From the NCBI GenBank assembly GCA_045648045.1, contig JAZRNE010000037.1, positions 4,721 through 68,720 on the forward strand: a stretch of 64,000 nucleotides of DNA, read 5' to 3'. Below, piece after piece: positions 17,320 to 26,896 of the stretch (its first letter is position 1; every line of letters starts with the position of its first letter). This stretch comes from Christensenellaceae bacterium. GTDB lineage: Bacteria; Bacillota; Clostridia; Christensenellales; Borkfalkiaceae. The position numbers and the translations under genes are program-made. Below the pieces are notes generated by a model. It searched no databases. It saw nothing but the letters and a program-made list of their open reading frames with translations, and had not been told where the DNA came from.

Positions 17320-18584
17320 TTAAGATTATTTCAGGTGATAAAGTTAAAGAAGTTTTTAACCGCAAACTAAACGAAGTTGACGTTAGCGAAATTGTTTCGA
17401 GTATCATTAAAAACGTTAGAGAAAACGGTGATAAGGCACTTTACGAATACGCCGAAAAGTTTGATAAGGCTAAACTTGATTCGCTAATCGTATCAAAACA
17501 AGAAATTGAAGACGCAAAAAATTCGGTTGAACCAAAGTTTATTGAAGTGCTTGAAAAGGCCGCTAAAAATATCAGGCTTTTTCACTCGGCGCAAAAAAGG
17601 CAAGGTTTTGAAATTAAAAATTTAGACGGCGCAATCGTAGGTCAAAAAATTATTCCGATTGAACGTGCAGGGCTTTACGTTCCCGGTGGCACGGCTGCTT
17701 ATCCGTCAACCGTTTTAATGGATGCAATCCCTGCTAAAATTGCAGGGTGTGAACAAGTGGTTATGGTAACGCCCCCGAATAAAGAAGGCAAAGTTAATCC
17801 CGTTATTCTTGCAGCGGCGTCTATTGCGGGCGTTGATAAAATCTTTAAGATAGGCGGTGCGCAAGCCGTTGCCGCACTCGCTTATGGCACGGAAAGCGTA
17901 CCTAAGGTGGATAAAATAGTAGGGCCGGGCAACGCGTTCGTTGCCGAAGCCAAAAAGCAAGTTTTCGGCACGGTGTCGATTGATATGATTGCAGGGCCTA
18001 GCGAAATAATGATAGTTGCGGATAAAGATAACGATGCAAAATGTATCGCTGCCGACCTTTTGTCGCAAGCCGAACACGACAAGATGGCAAGCGCAGTTTT
18101 GGTTACCGATAGTATGGAACTTGCAAACGCTGTTAGCGAAGAATTAGAAAAGCAAATTCCGTTGTTAGAGCGTAGCGAAATTGCAAGAGTTTCTATTGAC
18201 GATAACGGCAAAATTATCGTTACCGACGGCATTGATAAGGCAATAGAAATCGCAAATGCGATTGCACCCGAACACCTTGAACTGTGCCTTGATAATCCTT
18301 TTATTTATTTAGAAAAAATCAAACACGCAGGCTCGGTTTTCTTGGGTAAAAATTGCCCCGAAGCAATGGGCGATTATATGGCTGGCGCAAACCATACTTT
18401 ACCCACGAGTGGAACGGCAAGATTTTCTTCCGCACTCTCGGTTGACGACTTTATAAAGAAAACGCAATACGTTTATTATTCAAAGGACGCTCTTAATGCT
18501 TGCGCCAAAGACGTTGAATATTTTGCAAAACAAGAAGGGCTTACGGCACACGCAAAGAGTGCAGTCGTAAGGATTGAAGATTAA
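17316..18584 (+). CDS. hisD: Histidinol dehydrogenase
   Basis: YVPGG.A.YPS, GPGN.FV..AK, QAEHD, GDY.AG.NH.LPT motifs. Confidence 0.92.
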   Translation: MIKIISGDKVKEVFNRKLNEVDVSEIVSSIIKNVRENGDKALYEYAEKFDKAKLDSLIVSKQEIEDAKNSVEPKFIEVLEKAAKNIRLFHSAQKRQGFEIKNLDGAIVGQKIIPIERAGLYVPGGTAAYPSTVLMDAIPAKIAGCEQVVMVTPPNKEGKVNPVILAAASIAGVDKIFKIGGAQAVAALAYGTESVPKVDKIVGPGNAFVAEAKKQVFGTVSIDMIAGPSEIMIVADKDNDAKCIAADLLSQAEHDKMASAVLVTDSMELANAVSEELEKQIPLLERSEIARVSIDDNGKIIVTDGIDKAIEIANAIAPEHLELCLDNPFIYLEKIKHAGSVFLGKNCPEAMGDYMAGANHTLPTSGTARFSSALSVDDFIKKTQYVYYSKDALNACAKDVEYFAKQEGLTAHAKSAVVRIED

Positions 18585-18585
18585 T

Positions 18586-19647
18586 ATGAGTGAATTTTTC
18601 AGTAAAAAATATAATGGACTTGCCCCGTACGTTCCGGGCGAACAACCTAAAGAGAAAAAATATATAAAACTTAACACGAACGAATCGCCGTTTGCGCCGT
18701 CGCCAAGCGCGGTAGCGTACGGTAGCGAAGCCTTAAAAGGCGTTCAACTCTATTCAGACCCCGAGTGCACGGCGTTAACTATGGCGGTAGCGGACGATTT
18801 GGGCGTAGATTTTGAAAACGTTATAATGACGAACGGCTCGGATGAAGTGCTAAATTTTGCGTTTATGGCGTATTGCGATGACGAAAATCCTGCAATTTTT
18901 CCCGATATAACCTACGGGTTTTATAAAGTGTTTGCGCAAATAAATAACGTGCCGTATCAAGAAATTCCGTTAAAGGACGATTTTAGCATTGATTTAAGTG
19001 AATACGAGAAAAAAAGCGGTACGATTTTTATTGCAAATCCAAACGCACCCACGGGTATTTTGTTGAGCATTGAGCAAATTGAAAAACTAGTTTCGTCAAA
19101 CCAAAACAGAATTGTGGTAATCGACGAAGCGTATATCGACTTCGGTGGTCAAAGCGCGGTTAATTTGATTAAAAAATATAAAAATCTTTTAGTTACCAGA
19201 ACTTTCTCGAAATCGCGCTCAATGGCGGGGGCAAGGCTCGGATTTGGCGTTGCCGATAAAGCGATTGTTGCAGACCTTAAAGCGGTAAAATATTCGCTCA
19301 ACCCTTATAACGTAAATTCGGTTACTGCTAGTGCGGGCGTGGGCTCTATAAAAGATAAAGAGTATTTTGATAAAAATTGTCGCGCTATAATTGACAATAG
19401 AGAATGGACGAAAATTGAACTTAAAAAATTAGGTTTTAACGTAACTGATTCAAAAGCAAACTTCGTTTTTGCAAAAACGGATAAAATTTCAGGAAAAAAT
19501 TTATATTTAAGGCTAAAAGATAGCGGTATTCTCGTTCGTCACTTTGACAAAGACAAAATAAAAGAGTATAATCGTATTACCATAGGTAATATGGAGCAAA
19601 TGCAAACGTTTATTAACACTGTAAAATCCATTTTGGAGGAAGCGTAA
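18586..19647 (+). CDS. hisC: Histidinol-phosphate aminotransferase
   Basis: LNTNESP, IDEAY, RTFSKS (PLP lysine) motifs. Start at the ATG just after the hisD stop (an alternative lies at 18574). Confidence 0.9.
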   Translation: MSEFFSKKYNGLAPYVPGEQPKEKKYIKLNTNESPFAPSPSAVAYGSEALKGVQLYSDPECTALTMAVADDLGVDFENVIMTNGSDEVLNFAFMAYCDDENPAIFPDITYGFYKVFAQINNVPYQEIPLKDDFSIDLSEYEKKSGTIFIANPNAPTGILLSIEQIEKLVSSNQNRIVVIDEAYIDFGGQSAVNLIKKYKNLLVTRTFSKSRSMAGARLGFGVADKAIVADLKAVKYSLNPYNVNSVTASAGVGSIKDKEYFDKNCRAIIDNREWTKIELKKLGFNVTDSKANFVFAKTDKISGKNLYLRLKDSGILVRHFDKDKIKEYNRITIGNMEQMQTFINTVKSILEEA

Positions 19648-20234
19648 TGAGAAAGACTGAAATCAAAAGAAAAACTGCGGAAACGGATATCGTTTTATCG
19701 CTTAATCTTGACGGTTGTGGCAAAAGTAAAATTGATAGCGGTTGTGGTTTTTTAGACCACATGTTAACCCTTTTTGCAAAGCACGGTAGGTTTGACCTTA
19801 ACGTAAAATGCAAGGGCGATAAAGAAGTTGATTTTCACCACACTACCGAAGATATCGGTATAGTTTTAGGGCAAGCGTTTGAAAAGGCGCTTGGCGATAA
19901 AAAGGGCGTTACTAGATACGGCAGTTTTATTTTGCCTATGGACGAAGCGCTTATTTTAACGGCGGTTGACCTTTCGGGTAGAAGTTTTTTGGTTAAAGAA
20001 CTCGATATAAAGGCAAATAAGGTGGGCGATTTTGACACCGAATTAGTTGAAGAATTTTTGCTTGCGTTTACTCGCACGGCAAACTGCACGTTGCACGTTC
20101 GTCAACTTGCGGGCTCTAACGCACACCACGTAATTGAAGGCGTGTTCAAGTGCCTTGCAAGGGCGCTTAAGCAAGCGGTAAAAATTGACGAACAATCAAA
20201 GGATGAAATTCCATCTACGAAAGGGGTTCTTTAA
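19647..20234 (+). CDS. hisB: Imidazoleglycerol-phosphate dehydratase
   Basis: RKT.ETDI, GFLDHML, HHT.ED.GI, NAHH..E motifs. Confidence 0.92.
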   Translation: MRKTEIKRKTAETDIVLSLNLDGCGKSKIDSGCGFLDHMLTLFAKHGRFDLNVKCKGDKEVDFHHTTEDIGIVLGQAFEKALGDKKGVTRYGSFILPMDEALILTAVDLSGRSFLVKELDIKANKVGDFDTELVEEFLLAFTRTANCTLHVRQLAGSNAHHVIEGVFKCLARALKQAVKIDEQSKDEIPSTKGVL

Positions 20235-20845
20235 TGGTTGTTATCGTTGATTATGGTGTAGGTAATCTTTTTTCGCTAGTAAGTTCTTTTAAGGCAATCG
20301 GTGTAGACGCTATTGCAAGTGGTGATAAAAAGGTTATCGAACAAGCAGATAAAATAGTTTTGCCGGGTGTGGGCGCGTTTGAAGATGCTGCGAAAAAACT
20401 CTTTTCTTCGGGGCTTGCCGACGTGGTTATTGAACAAGCGAACAAGGGTAAACCGTTGCTTGGCATTTGTCTAGGAATGCAACTTTTGTTTGATAAGAGT
20501 TTTGAATACGGCGAACATAAAGGGCTTTCGCTAATCAAAGGCGAAATTCGCCCGATTAAAGAAGTTATACCAAGCGATTATAAAGTTCCGCACATAGGTT
20601 GGAACGCACTTAAAATTCACGCTGAAAAAGACGGGCTTTTTAAGTATATAAACGACGGTGACTGCGTTTATTTCGTGCATTCGTATTACGGCGCGGATTG
20701 TTCTGAAAGTTTGATTGCCACGGCAGAATACGGTGCAAATTTAACGGCGGCGGTTGCAAAAGCAAACGTTTACGGCTGTCAATTCCACCCCGAAAAGAGT
20801 GGAGAAGTTGGGCTTAAAATATTAAAGGCGTTTTGTGAGGTTTAA
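20234..20845 (+). CDS. hisH: Imidazole glycerol phosphate synthase, glutaminase subunit
   Basis: DYGVGNL, LPGVGAF, GICLGMQ, HSYY, FHPEKS motifs. Confidence 0.92.
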   Translation: MVVIVDYGVGNLFSLVSSFKAIGVDAIASGDKKVIEQADKIVLPGVGAFEDAAKKLFSSGLADVVIEQANKGKPLLGICLGMQLLFDKSFEYGEHKGLSLIKGEIRPIKEVIPSDYKVPHIGWNALKIHAEKDGLFKYINDGDCVYFVHSYYGADCSESLIATAEYGANLTAAVAKANVYGCQFHPEKSGEVGLKILKAFCEV

Positions 20846-20847
20846 TA

Positions 20848-21567
20848 ATGAAAATTCTTCCTGCAATAGATTTATTCGGTGGTAAGGCGGTAAGGCTTTT
20901 CAAAGGCGATTACGATAAGATGACTATTTACAGCAACTATCCCGTGCAAGTGGCGCTTGATTTTAAGGCGCAAGGTGCGGAATGGATACACGTCGTTGAC
21001 CTTGAAGGTGCAAAATCTGGCGAAACCCCAAATATTGAAACCATCAAAAAAATAGTTAACGAAACGGGCTTAAAGGTTGAAGTTGGTGGCGGTATTCGCA
21101 GTATTGACGTCGTTAGTCGTTATATTGAAGCGGGCGTAAGTAGGCTTATTTTGGGCACGGCGGCAGTTAAAGACGAAGCCTTTTTAAAACAAGCCGTTCA
21201 AATTTACGGTGAAAAGATTGCCGTTGGCGTTGACCTAAAAGACGGTATGGTGGCTATTCACGGTTGGACGGAAAAGTCTGATGAAGAAGGTTTTGCTTTT
21301 TGTAAAAAAATGCAAGCGATAGGCGTTAAAACCATTATTGCAACCGATATCAGTAAGGACGGTGCAATGAAGGGCACGAACCACGAACTTTATAAAAAAC
21401 TTTCAGAGCAATTAGAAATCAACGTGATTGCGTCGGGTGGTGTTTCTTCTATAAAAGATGTTGAAAAACTGTCCGCTATCGGGGTTTACGGCACGATTAT
21501 CGGCAAGGCGTATTACACGGGCGTAATTGATTTGAAAAAGGCAATTCAGGTGGCAAATGATAACTAA
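20848..21567 (+). CDS. hisA: ProFAR isomerase
   Basis: PAIDL..GK.VRL..G, VGGGIRS, ASGGV motifs. Confidence 0.92.
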   Translation: MKILPAIDLFGGKAVRLFKGDYDKMTIYSNYPVQVALDFKAQGAEWIHVVDLEGAKSGETPNIETIKKIVNETGLKVEVGGGIRSIDVVSRYIEAGVSRLILGTAAVKDEAFLKQAVQIYGEKIAVGVDLKDGMVAIHGWTEKSDEEGFAFCKKMQAIGVKTIIATDISKDGAMKGTNHELYKKLSEQLEINVIASGGVSSIKDVEKLSAIGVYGTIIGKAYYTGVIDLKKAIQVANDN

Positions 21568-22315
21568 AAGAATTATTCCCTGCCTAGACGTGAAAAACGG
21601 CAGGGTTGTTAAAGGCGTTAATTTTGAAGGGCTTTCCGACGTTTCTTCACCCGTTGAATTAGGTAAGTATTATAGCGAATGCGGTGCTGACGAGTTGGTT
21701 TTTTACGATATCACGGCGTCGGCGGAAGGTAGGGCGTTATTTACCGATATTTTGAAAGAAGTTGCAAGCACTATTTTTATCCCCTTGACGGTTGGCGGTG
21801 GTATTAATACGTTAGACGATTTTGACAGGGTGCTTAAATGCGGTGCTGATAAAGTTAGCGTAAATTCGGGTGCGATTAAAAATCCCGATTTGATTTACCA
21901 AGCGGCAAAAAGGTACGGCGACCAGTGCGTAGTACTTTCGGCTGACGTTAAAAGGGTAGACGGCGTTTTTAGGGTTTTCTCCAAAGGCGGTAGAGAAAAT
22001 ACCGGAATGGAAGCGATTGAGTGGATTAAGCGAGGCGTTGATAACGGCGCGGGCGAAATCGTGCTAAATTCTATTGATACTGACGGCGTTAAGGGTGGTT
22101 TTGATTTAGAAATGCTTGATAAAGTGTGCTCGGTTGTGTCAGTTCCCGTAATTGCGTCGGGTGGCGCAGGTTGCATCGAACACTTTACGACGCTTTTTAA
22201 AACCTTGCCAAAAGTAGATGCAGGGCTTGCCGCGTCAATATTCCATTTTGGCGAAGTTAAGATTAAAGACTTAAAAGAAGAACTCTATAAAAACGGAATT
22301 CCCGTAAGAAGATAA
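21557..22315 (+). CDS. hisF: Imidazole glycerol phosphate synthase, cyclase subunit
   Basis: [33 protein letters not shown] motifs. Confidence 0.92.
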   Translation: MITKRIIPCLDVKNGRVVKGVNFEGLSDVSSPVELGKYYSECGADELVFYDITASAEGRALFTDILKEVASTIFIPLTVGGGINTLDDFDRVLKCGADKVSVNSGAIKNPDLIYQAAKRYGDQCVVLSADVKRVDGVFRVFSKGGRENTGMEAIEWIKRGVDNGAGEIVLNSIDTDGVKGGFDLEMLDKVCSVVSVPVIASGGAGCIEHFTTLFKTLPKVDAGLAASIFHFGEVKIKDLKEELYKNGIPVRR

Positions 22316-22326
22316 TAAACGATAAT

Positions 22327-22995
22327 ATGAAAATAGGTAGCGTTATGTTTGATATTAAAAAACTGAAGTTTGATGAAAAAGGGCTTATTCCCGCAGTCGT
22401 TGTTGACGCCGTAACCAAAAAGGTGTTGTCGGTTGCTTATATGAACGAAGAAAGCCTTAAAGTTACGATGGAAAAGAATTTGACTTGTTTTTGGTCAAGG
22501 TCAAGAAACGAATTGTGGTTAAAAGGCGATACGAGCAAAAACTATCAACACGTCGTTTCGATTACCGCTGATTGCGATTACGACGCACTCGTTGTTGAAG
22601 TTGAAAAGGACGGACCTGCTTGCCACTTGGGCGAAGACAGTTGTTTCCATAATAGAGTGTATACCAACCCCGAACTTAAAGAGTTTTCTCTCGACGGGTT
22701 GATGGACTTATTGAAAGGCAGAAAAGAACTTATGCCTGAAGGTTCTTACACCACCTACCTTTTCCAAAAGGGTGTTGATAAAATCTTGAAAAAGGTTGGC
22801 GAAGAGTGCACCGAAGTAATTATTGCGGCAAAAGATAACGATAGAAAAGAAACCGTTTATGAAATTTCCGACCTTTGCTATCACGTTATGGTGCTTATGG
22901 TTGAGCAAGGAATTTCTTTAGAAGAAATCCACCGCGAACTTGCATCGCGCCACGTTATCGACCACAAGGTTAAGCAGGAGAAAATGACCAAATGA
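22327..22995 (+). CDS. hisI: Bifunctional phosphoribosyl-AMP cyclohydrolase / phosphoribosyl-ATP pyrophosphatase
   Basis: GLIPAVV.D, WSRSR..LW.KG, DCD.DAL (HisI half). SYT..L (HisE half). Start may instead be the Met at 22345. Confidence 0.88.
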   Translation: MKIGSVMFDIKKLKFDEKGLIPAVVVDAVTKKVLSVAYMNEESLKVTMEKNLTCFWSRSRNELWLKGDTSKNYQHVVSITADCDYDALVVEVEKDGPACHLGEDSCFHNRVYTNPELKEFSLDGLMDLLKGRKELMPEGSYTTYLFQKGVDKILKKVGEECTEVIIAAKDNDRKETVYEISDLCYHVMVLMVEQGISLEEIHRELASRHVIDHKVKQEKMTK

Positions 22996-23771
22996 TTTAT
23001 TCTGATTTGCATATGCACACCACTTTTTGCGACGGTAAAAATTCCGCCGAAGAAATGGTTGTTTCCGCTATCGAAAAGGGGTTAAAAACCGTAGGCGTGT
23101 GTACGCATTCGTATACAGATATAGATTTATCGTATTGCATTAAGCAAGAAGATATCAAAGTTTTTCAAGCGGAAATGGCGCGCTTAAAAGAAAAGTATAA
23201 AGATAAAATAAAAGTGCTTTGTGGCGTTGAGCAAGATTATCTTTCGAACGAACCGCTTACGGGGTTTGATTATTCAATCGGTTCGGTGCATTATTTTTTG
23301 CATAACGGAAAGCGTGCCGACGTTGATAATTCGCCTAAAAAGTTCGTTGAAGCGGTTGAAAATATTTTTGACGGCGATTATTATTCGGCGTGTGAAAATT
23401 ACTTTTCTTTCGTTGGAAAGATTATAGAAAAAACCAACGCGGATATAATCGGGCACTTTGATTTGGTTAGTAAGTTTAACGAAGGTTGTGTGCTTTTTGA
23501 CGACCAGCACCCACGCTATATAAAGGCTTGGCAAAGCGCCGTTGATGCGCTAATACCGTACGGAAAGCCGTTTGAAATTAATTTTGGCGGTATTTCACGC
23601 GGGTATAAAAAAACGCCTTATCCGTCAATTCAAATGATTGAATATATCCGTGATAAGGGCGGTAAATTCTGTTTTTCAAGCGATTCGCACAATAAAGATA
23701 ACGTTGCGTTTGGTTATAAAGAATGGAAAGATAAAATTGAGGCAATAATAAACAAAGGAGAAAATGAATAA
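22992..23771 (+). CDS. Histidinol-phosphatase, PHP family
   Basis: DLHMHT.FCDGK N-terminus, THS and SDSH motifs. Last biosynthetic gene of the his operon. Confidence 0.8.
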   Translation: MIYSDLHMHTTFCDGKNSAEEMVVSAIEKGLKTVGVCTHSYTDIDLSYCIKQEDIKVFQAEMARLKEKYKDKIKVLCGVEQDYLSNEPLTGFDYSIGSVHYFLHNGKRADVDNSPKKFVEAVENIFDGDYYSACENYFSFVGKIIEKTNADIIGHFDLVSKFNEGCVLFDDQHPRYIKAWQSAVDALIPYGKPFEINFGGISRGYKKTPYPSIQMIEYIRDKGGKFCFSSDSHNKDNVAFGYKEWKDKIEAIINKGENE

Positions 23772-24442
23772 TGGTAGCAACTTGGCTTAATACTGCGTTT
23801 GCAGGGGTAGACGGCGGAATTTTTAATTTCGTTCACAATTTGGCAAAGAACTGCGGTGGCTTTTTTACGCCTATAATGAAGTTTATAACTATGCTTGGCG
23901 ATGGCGGTTGGGCGTTTATCGTTTTAGGCATCGTGTTATTGTTCTTTAAAAAGACTAGAAGGGCAGGCGTTGCCGTGTTACTCGCAATAGGTTTTGGTTA
24001 TATTTTTACAAACCTTACTTTGAAAAAATTGATTGCCCGTCCAAGACCTTACGTTGCGGATGAGCAGTATAATGCTTTTTGGCAATTTGTAAACGGCGTT
24101 AAAGAAAGTGAAAATTCTTTCCCGTCAGGGCACACGACGACGGCCGCTGCGGCAATGATGGCACTCTTTTTAATCTATAACAAAAAGTGGAGTTGGGTAT
24201 TCTTGTTGTTTGCTGCGCTTATGGGCTTTACAAGAATTTATATCGTAGTACATTATTTTACAGACGTGGTTGCAGGTTATATTTCAGGCTCGCTTGCAGG
24301 CGTGCTTGCAGTAGTCGTTAAAAATTTAATCTACAAACAATTAGATAAATGCGGCGACAATAAAATTATAAGTTACGTTCTAAACTTCGATATAATAGAA
24401 TTTGCTAAATACTTATTTTCTAAAAACACAAAGAGCGAGTAA
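23771..24442 (+). CDS. PAP2-family membrane phosphatase
   Basis: KLIARPRP..SFPSGHT..TRIY..VHY.TDV are the three PAP2 motifs. Multiple TM segments. ATG overlaps the upstream stop (TAATG). Confidence 0.8.
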   Translation: MVATWLNTAFAGVDGGIFNFVHNLAKNCGGFFTPIMKFITMLGDGGWAFIVLGIVLLFFKKTRRAGVAVLLAIGFGYIFTNLTLKKLIARPRPYVADEQYNAFWQFVNGVKESENSFPSGHTTTAAAAMMALFLIYNKKWSWVFLLFAALMGFTRIYIVVHYFTDVVAGYISGSLAGVLAVVVKNLIYKQLDKCGDNKIISYVLNFDIIEFAKYLFSKNTKSE

Positions 24443-24456
24443 TTTCGCTCTTTTTT
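24432..24456 (+). terminator. Rho-independent terminator at the end of the his operon
   Basis: agagcga / tcgctct stem followed by tttttt. Confidence 0.8.
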
Positions 24457-24530
24457 AATTGCAATTTGTAAATATTTAGAATATCTTGTCGAATTAAAGC
24501 ATAATCATAAATTACTTAAATTAGGGGGTT

Positions 24531-24785
24531 GTGCTTTTGCGGGAAGATATTATTGATAGAATTGTTGAAGAAGCGGAATATATTATTCGCACGGGGGATA
24601 CCGTTCGGGGAACGGCAAAAGTTTTTCATTTTTCAAAGTCAACCGTGCATAAAGACGTTACTGAAAGGTTGCTTAAAATCGACAAAGAACTTTGCAAACA
24701 AGTTAAAATCGTGCTAGATAAAAACCTTGCGGAACGCCATATTCGCGGTGGTGAAGCAACTAAAAGAAAATATAAGGGCTTTTAA
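24531..24785 (+). CDS. spoIIID: Stage III sporulation protein D (mother-cell transcription factor)
   Basis: VFHFSKSTVHKDVTERL...HIRGGEATKRKYK closely matches SpoIIID. The real start is probably TTG at 24537, 8 nt after ggggg. Confidence 0.88.
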   Translation: MLLREDIIDRIVEEAEYIIRTGDTVRGTAKVFHFSKSTVHKDVTERLLKIDKELCKQVKIVLDKNLAERHIRGGEATKRKYKGF

Positions 24786-24788
24786 TGG

Positions 24789-24817
24789 TTGACAAATTTT
24801 TAATTGTGTAGTAAAAT
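24789..24817 (+). promoter_or_regulatory. Consensus sigma-A promoter directly after the spoIIID stop
   Basis: TTGACA, 17 nt, TAAAAT. Confidence 0.6.
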
Positions 24818-24823
24818 AATTTT

Positions 24824-24952
24824 GTAAATACCTAAACTAAAAGGTGCGCCTAATAGTAAAGGGCTTAATTTGGGAATTAACAAGGCACAAAGTGTCTTGA
24901 TAACTCACGTTCCGCCTTTGCTGTATATTTCGGCAAGGGCGTTTATTTTTTT
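24824..24952 (+). promoter_or_regulatory. Structured 5' leader with an intrinsic terminator upstream of the ABC binding protein gene (unclassified riboswitch-like element)
   Basis: Two internal hairpins (ttaatt-tggg-aattaa; caaggcac-aaa-gtgtcttg). The terminator is ccgcctttgc..gcaagggcg followed by tttattttttt (24913-24952). aaaggtg can pair with cgccttt, which is the terminator's left arm. Confidence 0.4.
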
Positions 24953-25048
24953 AAGCGTTTCTAAACCGCGCATTTCATCGTTACTGCTCTTTCAAAAACG
25001 GCGACACTTGTCAACGCAGGCGTTATGAAAAACAAAAGGAGACTTTTT

Positions 25049-26086
25049 ATGAAAAAACTTTTTAGCATATTTTTAGCAATTATTTTGTGTGTTTCAACTT
25101 TGTGCTTAAGCGGTTGTAATTTAGCCGATTTATTTGGCGATAATTCTAACAAGGGGGATGACGGGCCTAAAAAAATTTCTTTTTACGCGCCCGACGGTGC
25201 GCCCGCTTTAGCGATTGCAAAATTTATAAACGATAACGAAAATTTTGGAATTGACGGTGTAATTGATTACAAGGTTGTTGCGTCAGGCGATATAGGTGGC
25301 GTTATGTCGCAAGGATTGGGCGATTTTATCGTAATGCCCGTTAACGCTGCAAGTAAACTTTATAAGGCAGGTAATTCTCAATACGTTATGACGGCGGTTA
25401 TAACTCACGGTAATTTATACTTAATGAGTAGTGACGGCACGAACACGCTTGACGATTTAAAAGGCAAAGTCGTCGGCGTTATCGGTCAAGGGTTAGTTCC
25501 CGATTTGACCTTAAAAGCAATCTTAAACGACAACAATCTATTAGGCGACGTTTTGGTTGGCGATACGGTAACCGACGGTAAAATAACTTTAAGATATTTT
25601 GCGTCTGCGCAAGAAATGATACCGCTACTTAAACAAGGTAAGTTGAACGTTGGGCTTTTACCCGAACCTGCGGCAACGAACTTAACCAAAGTTGCAAGCA
25701 ATAAAGAGTGGACGAGATTTGACGTTCAAGAACTTTACGACGCCCAAGCAAAATCTTATCCGCAAGCCGTTTTGATGGTTAGAAAAAGCCTTTATCAACC
25801 GTTTAAACAACAAATAGACGGAATGAAAGATTTGTTTGACGCTAACGTTCAATGGATAAAAGAAAATACTGCGGACGCAGTAACTACCGTTAATTCAAAA
25901 CTAAAAGAAGGCTTAACGCCTAGTTTAGATGCAACCAAGATAAACGCAGCGGTTATTGATAATTGTAAAATTTACTACCAAAGCGCAACGGATGCCAAAG
26001 CGTCAGTTGAAGGTTATTTGCAAAAAATAAAGGCTATATCAGAAATTTCCGCAGGGCAAATAGGCGAAGATTTCTTTGCTGAATAA
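25049..26086 (+). CDS. ABC transporter substrate-binding lipoprotein, NitT/TauT (NMT1/THI5-like) family
   Basis: Lipobox LSGC and size and sequence style of aliphatic-sulfonate/HMP-type binding proteins. Start at the ATG 7 nt after ggag. Confidence 0.65.
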   Translation: MKKLFSIFLAIILCVSTLCLSGCNLADLFGDNSNKGDDGPKKISFYAPDGAPALAIAKFINDNENFGIDGVIDYKVVASGDIGGVMSQGLGDFIVMPVNAASKLYKAGNSQYVMTAVITHGNLYLMSSDGTNTLDDLKGKVVGVIGQGLVPDLTLKAILNDNNLLGDVLVGDTVTDGKITLRYFASAQEMIPLLKQGKLNVGLLPEPAATNLTKVASNKEWTRFDVQELYDAQAKSYPQAVLMVRKSLYQPFKQQIDGMKDLFDANVQWIKENTADAVTTVNSKLKEGLTPSLDATKINAAVIDNCKIYYQSATDAKASVEGYLQKIKAISEISAGQIGEDFFAE

Positions 26087-26091
26087 TTAAA

Positions 26092-26850
26092 ATGAAAAAC
26101 AAAAAAGAAAAATCACTCAATTTAATATTGCCTTTAATTAGCGTAATTGCAATATTGCTATTGTGGGCGGTGGCGAGTGTAAGCATTGATAACGAATATA
26201 TCTTGCCGTCAATTCAAAAAACGGCAAAAGAATTTTTTGCGCTTTTTAATAGCAAAGAGTTTTATCTTTCGTTATGGTTAACCGTTATAAGAAGTTTTAT
26301 TGCTTTTGCCCTGTCTTTTATTCTTGCGCTAATATTTGCAATTTGCGCAAACAAAATAAAATATTTTAAGGCTCTTATTTCTCCGCTAATAAGCATAATG
26401 CGTGCCCTGCCAACCATAGCCATAGTTTTGCTTTTACTTTTTTGGACTAATTCAAAGGTTGCGCCTATTGTCGTAACTGCAATCGTAGTTTTGCCAACTT
26501 CTTACACGCATATAGAAAGCGCACTATTTTCGCTTGATAAAACTATTTCGGAAGCGGGTAGGGTAGACGGTGCGGATGAAAAAAGCGTGTTTTTAACTAT
26601 TGAATTGCCACAAATTTTCCCGTCGATTTATAGCGGAATAGGTAGTGGGTTATCGCTTAATCTAAAACTTATGGTGGCGGCGGAAGTTATTGCTCAAACG
26701 GCAAAGTCAATCGGGTATTTGCTAAACACTTCAAAAGTGTACTTTGAAATTGCCGAGATGCTTGCTATCGTTTGTTTCGTAATCGCTTTAGGTGTGATAA
26801 TTGAAAGCGTATTTAATTACCTTTCAAAAAAGGTGGGCGAATGGAAATAA
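26092..26850 (+). CDS. ABC transporter permease (BPD_transp_1, NitT/TauT family)
   Basis: Six TM segments and an EAA-like loop (ISEAGRVDGADE). Confidence 0.8.
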   Translation: MKNKKEKSLNLILPLISVIAILLLWAVASVSIDNEYILPSIQKTAKEFFALFNSKEFYLSLWLTVIRSFIAFALSFILALIFAICANKIKYFKALISPLISIMRALPTIAIVLLLLFWTNSKVAPIVVTAIVVLPTSYTHIESALFSLDKTISEAGRVDGADEKSVFLTIELPQIFPSIYSGIGSGLSLNLKLMVAAEVIAQTAKSIGYLLNTSKVYFEIAEMLAIVCFVIALGVIIESVFNYLSKKVGEWK

Positions 26851-26855
26851 AAAAA

Positions 26856-26879
26856 TAGCCACGGCGAAAGTCGTGGCTA
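26856..26879. terminator. Bidirectional terminator hairpin between the permease and convergent apbE
   Basis: tagccacg / cgtggcta stem, preceded by an A-run. Confidence 0.6.
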
Positions 26880-26896
26880 AATTATTTAATTAAACG

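Noticed and set aside
24529-24717. 62-aa ORF in an alternative frame over spoIIID
   Set aside because: It overlaps the strongly recognisable SpoIIID frame and is spurious.
24824-24952. A TPP (thiamine) riboswitch, given the NMT1/THI5-like binding protein downstream
   Set aside because: I could not find the conserved CUGAGA / ACCUGAUCUGGAUAAUGCCAGCG-type elements. I leave the leader unclassified instead.
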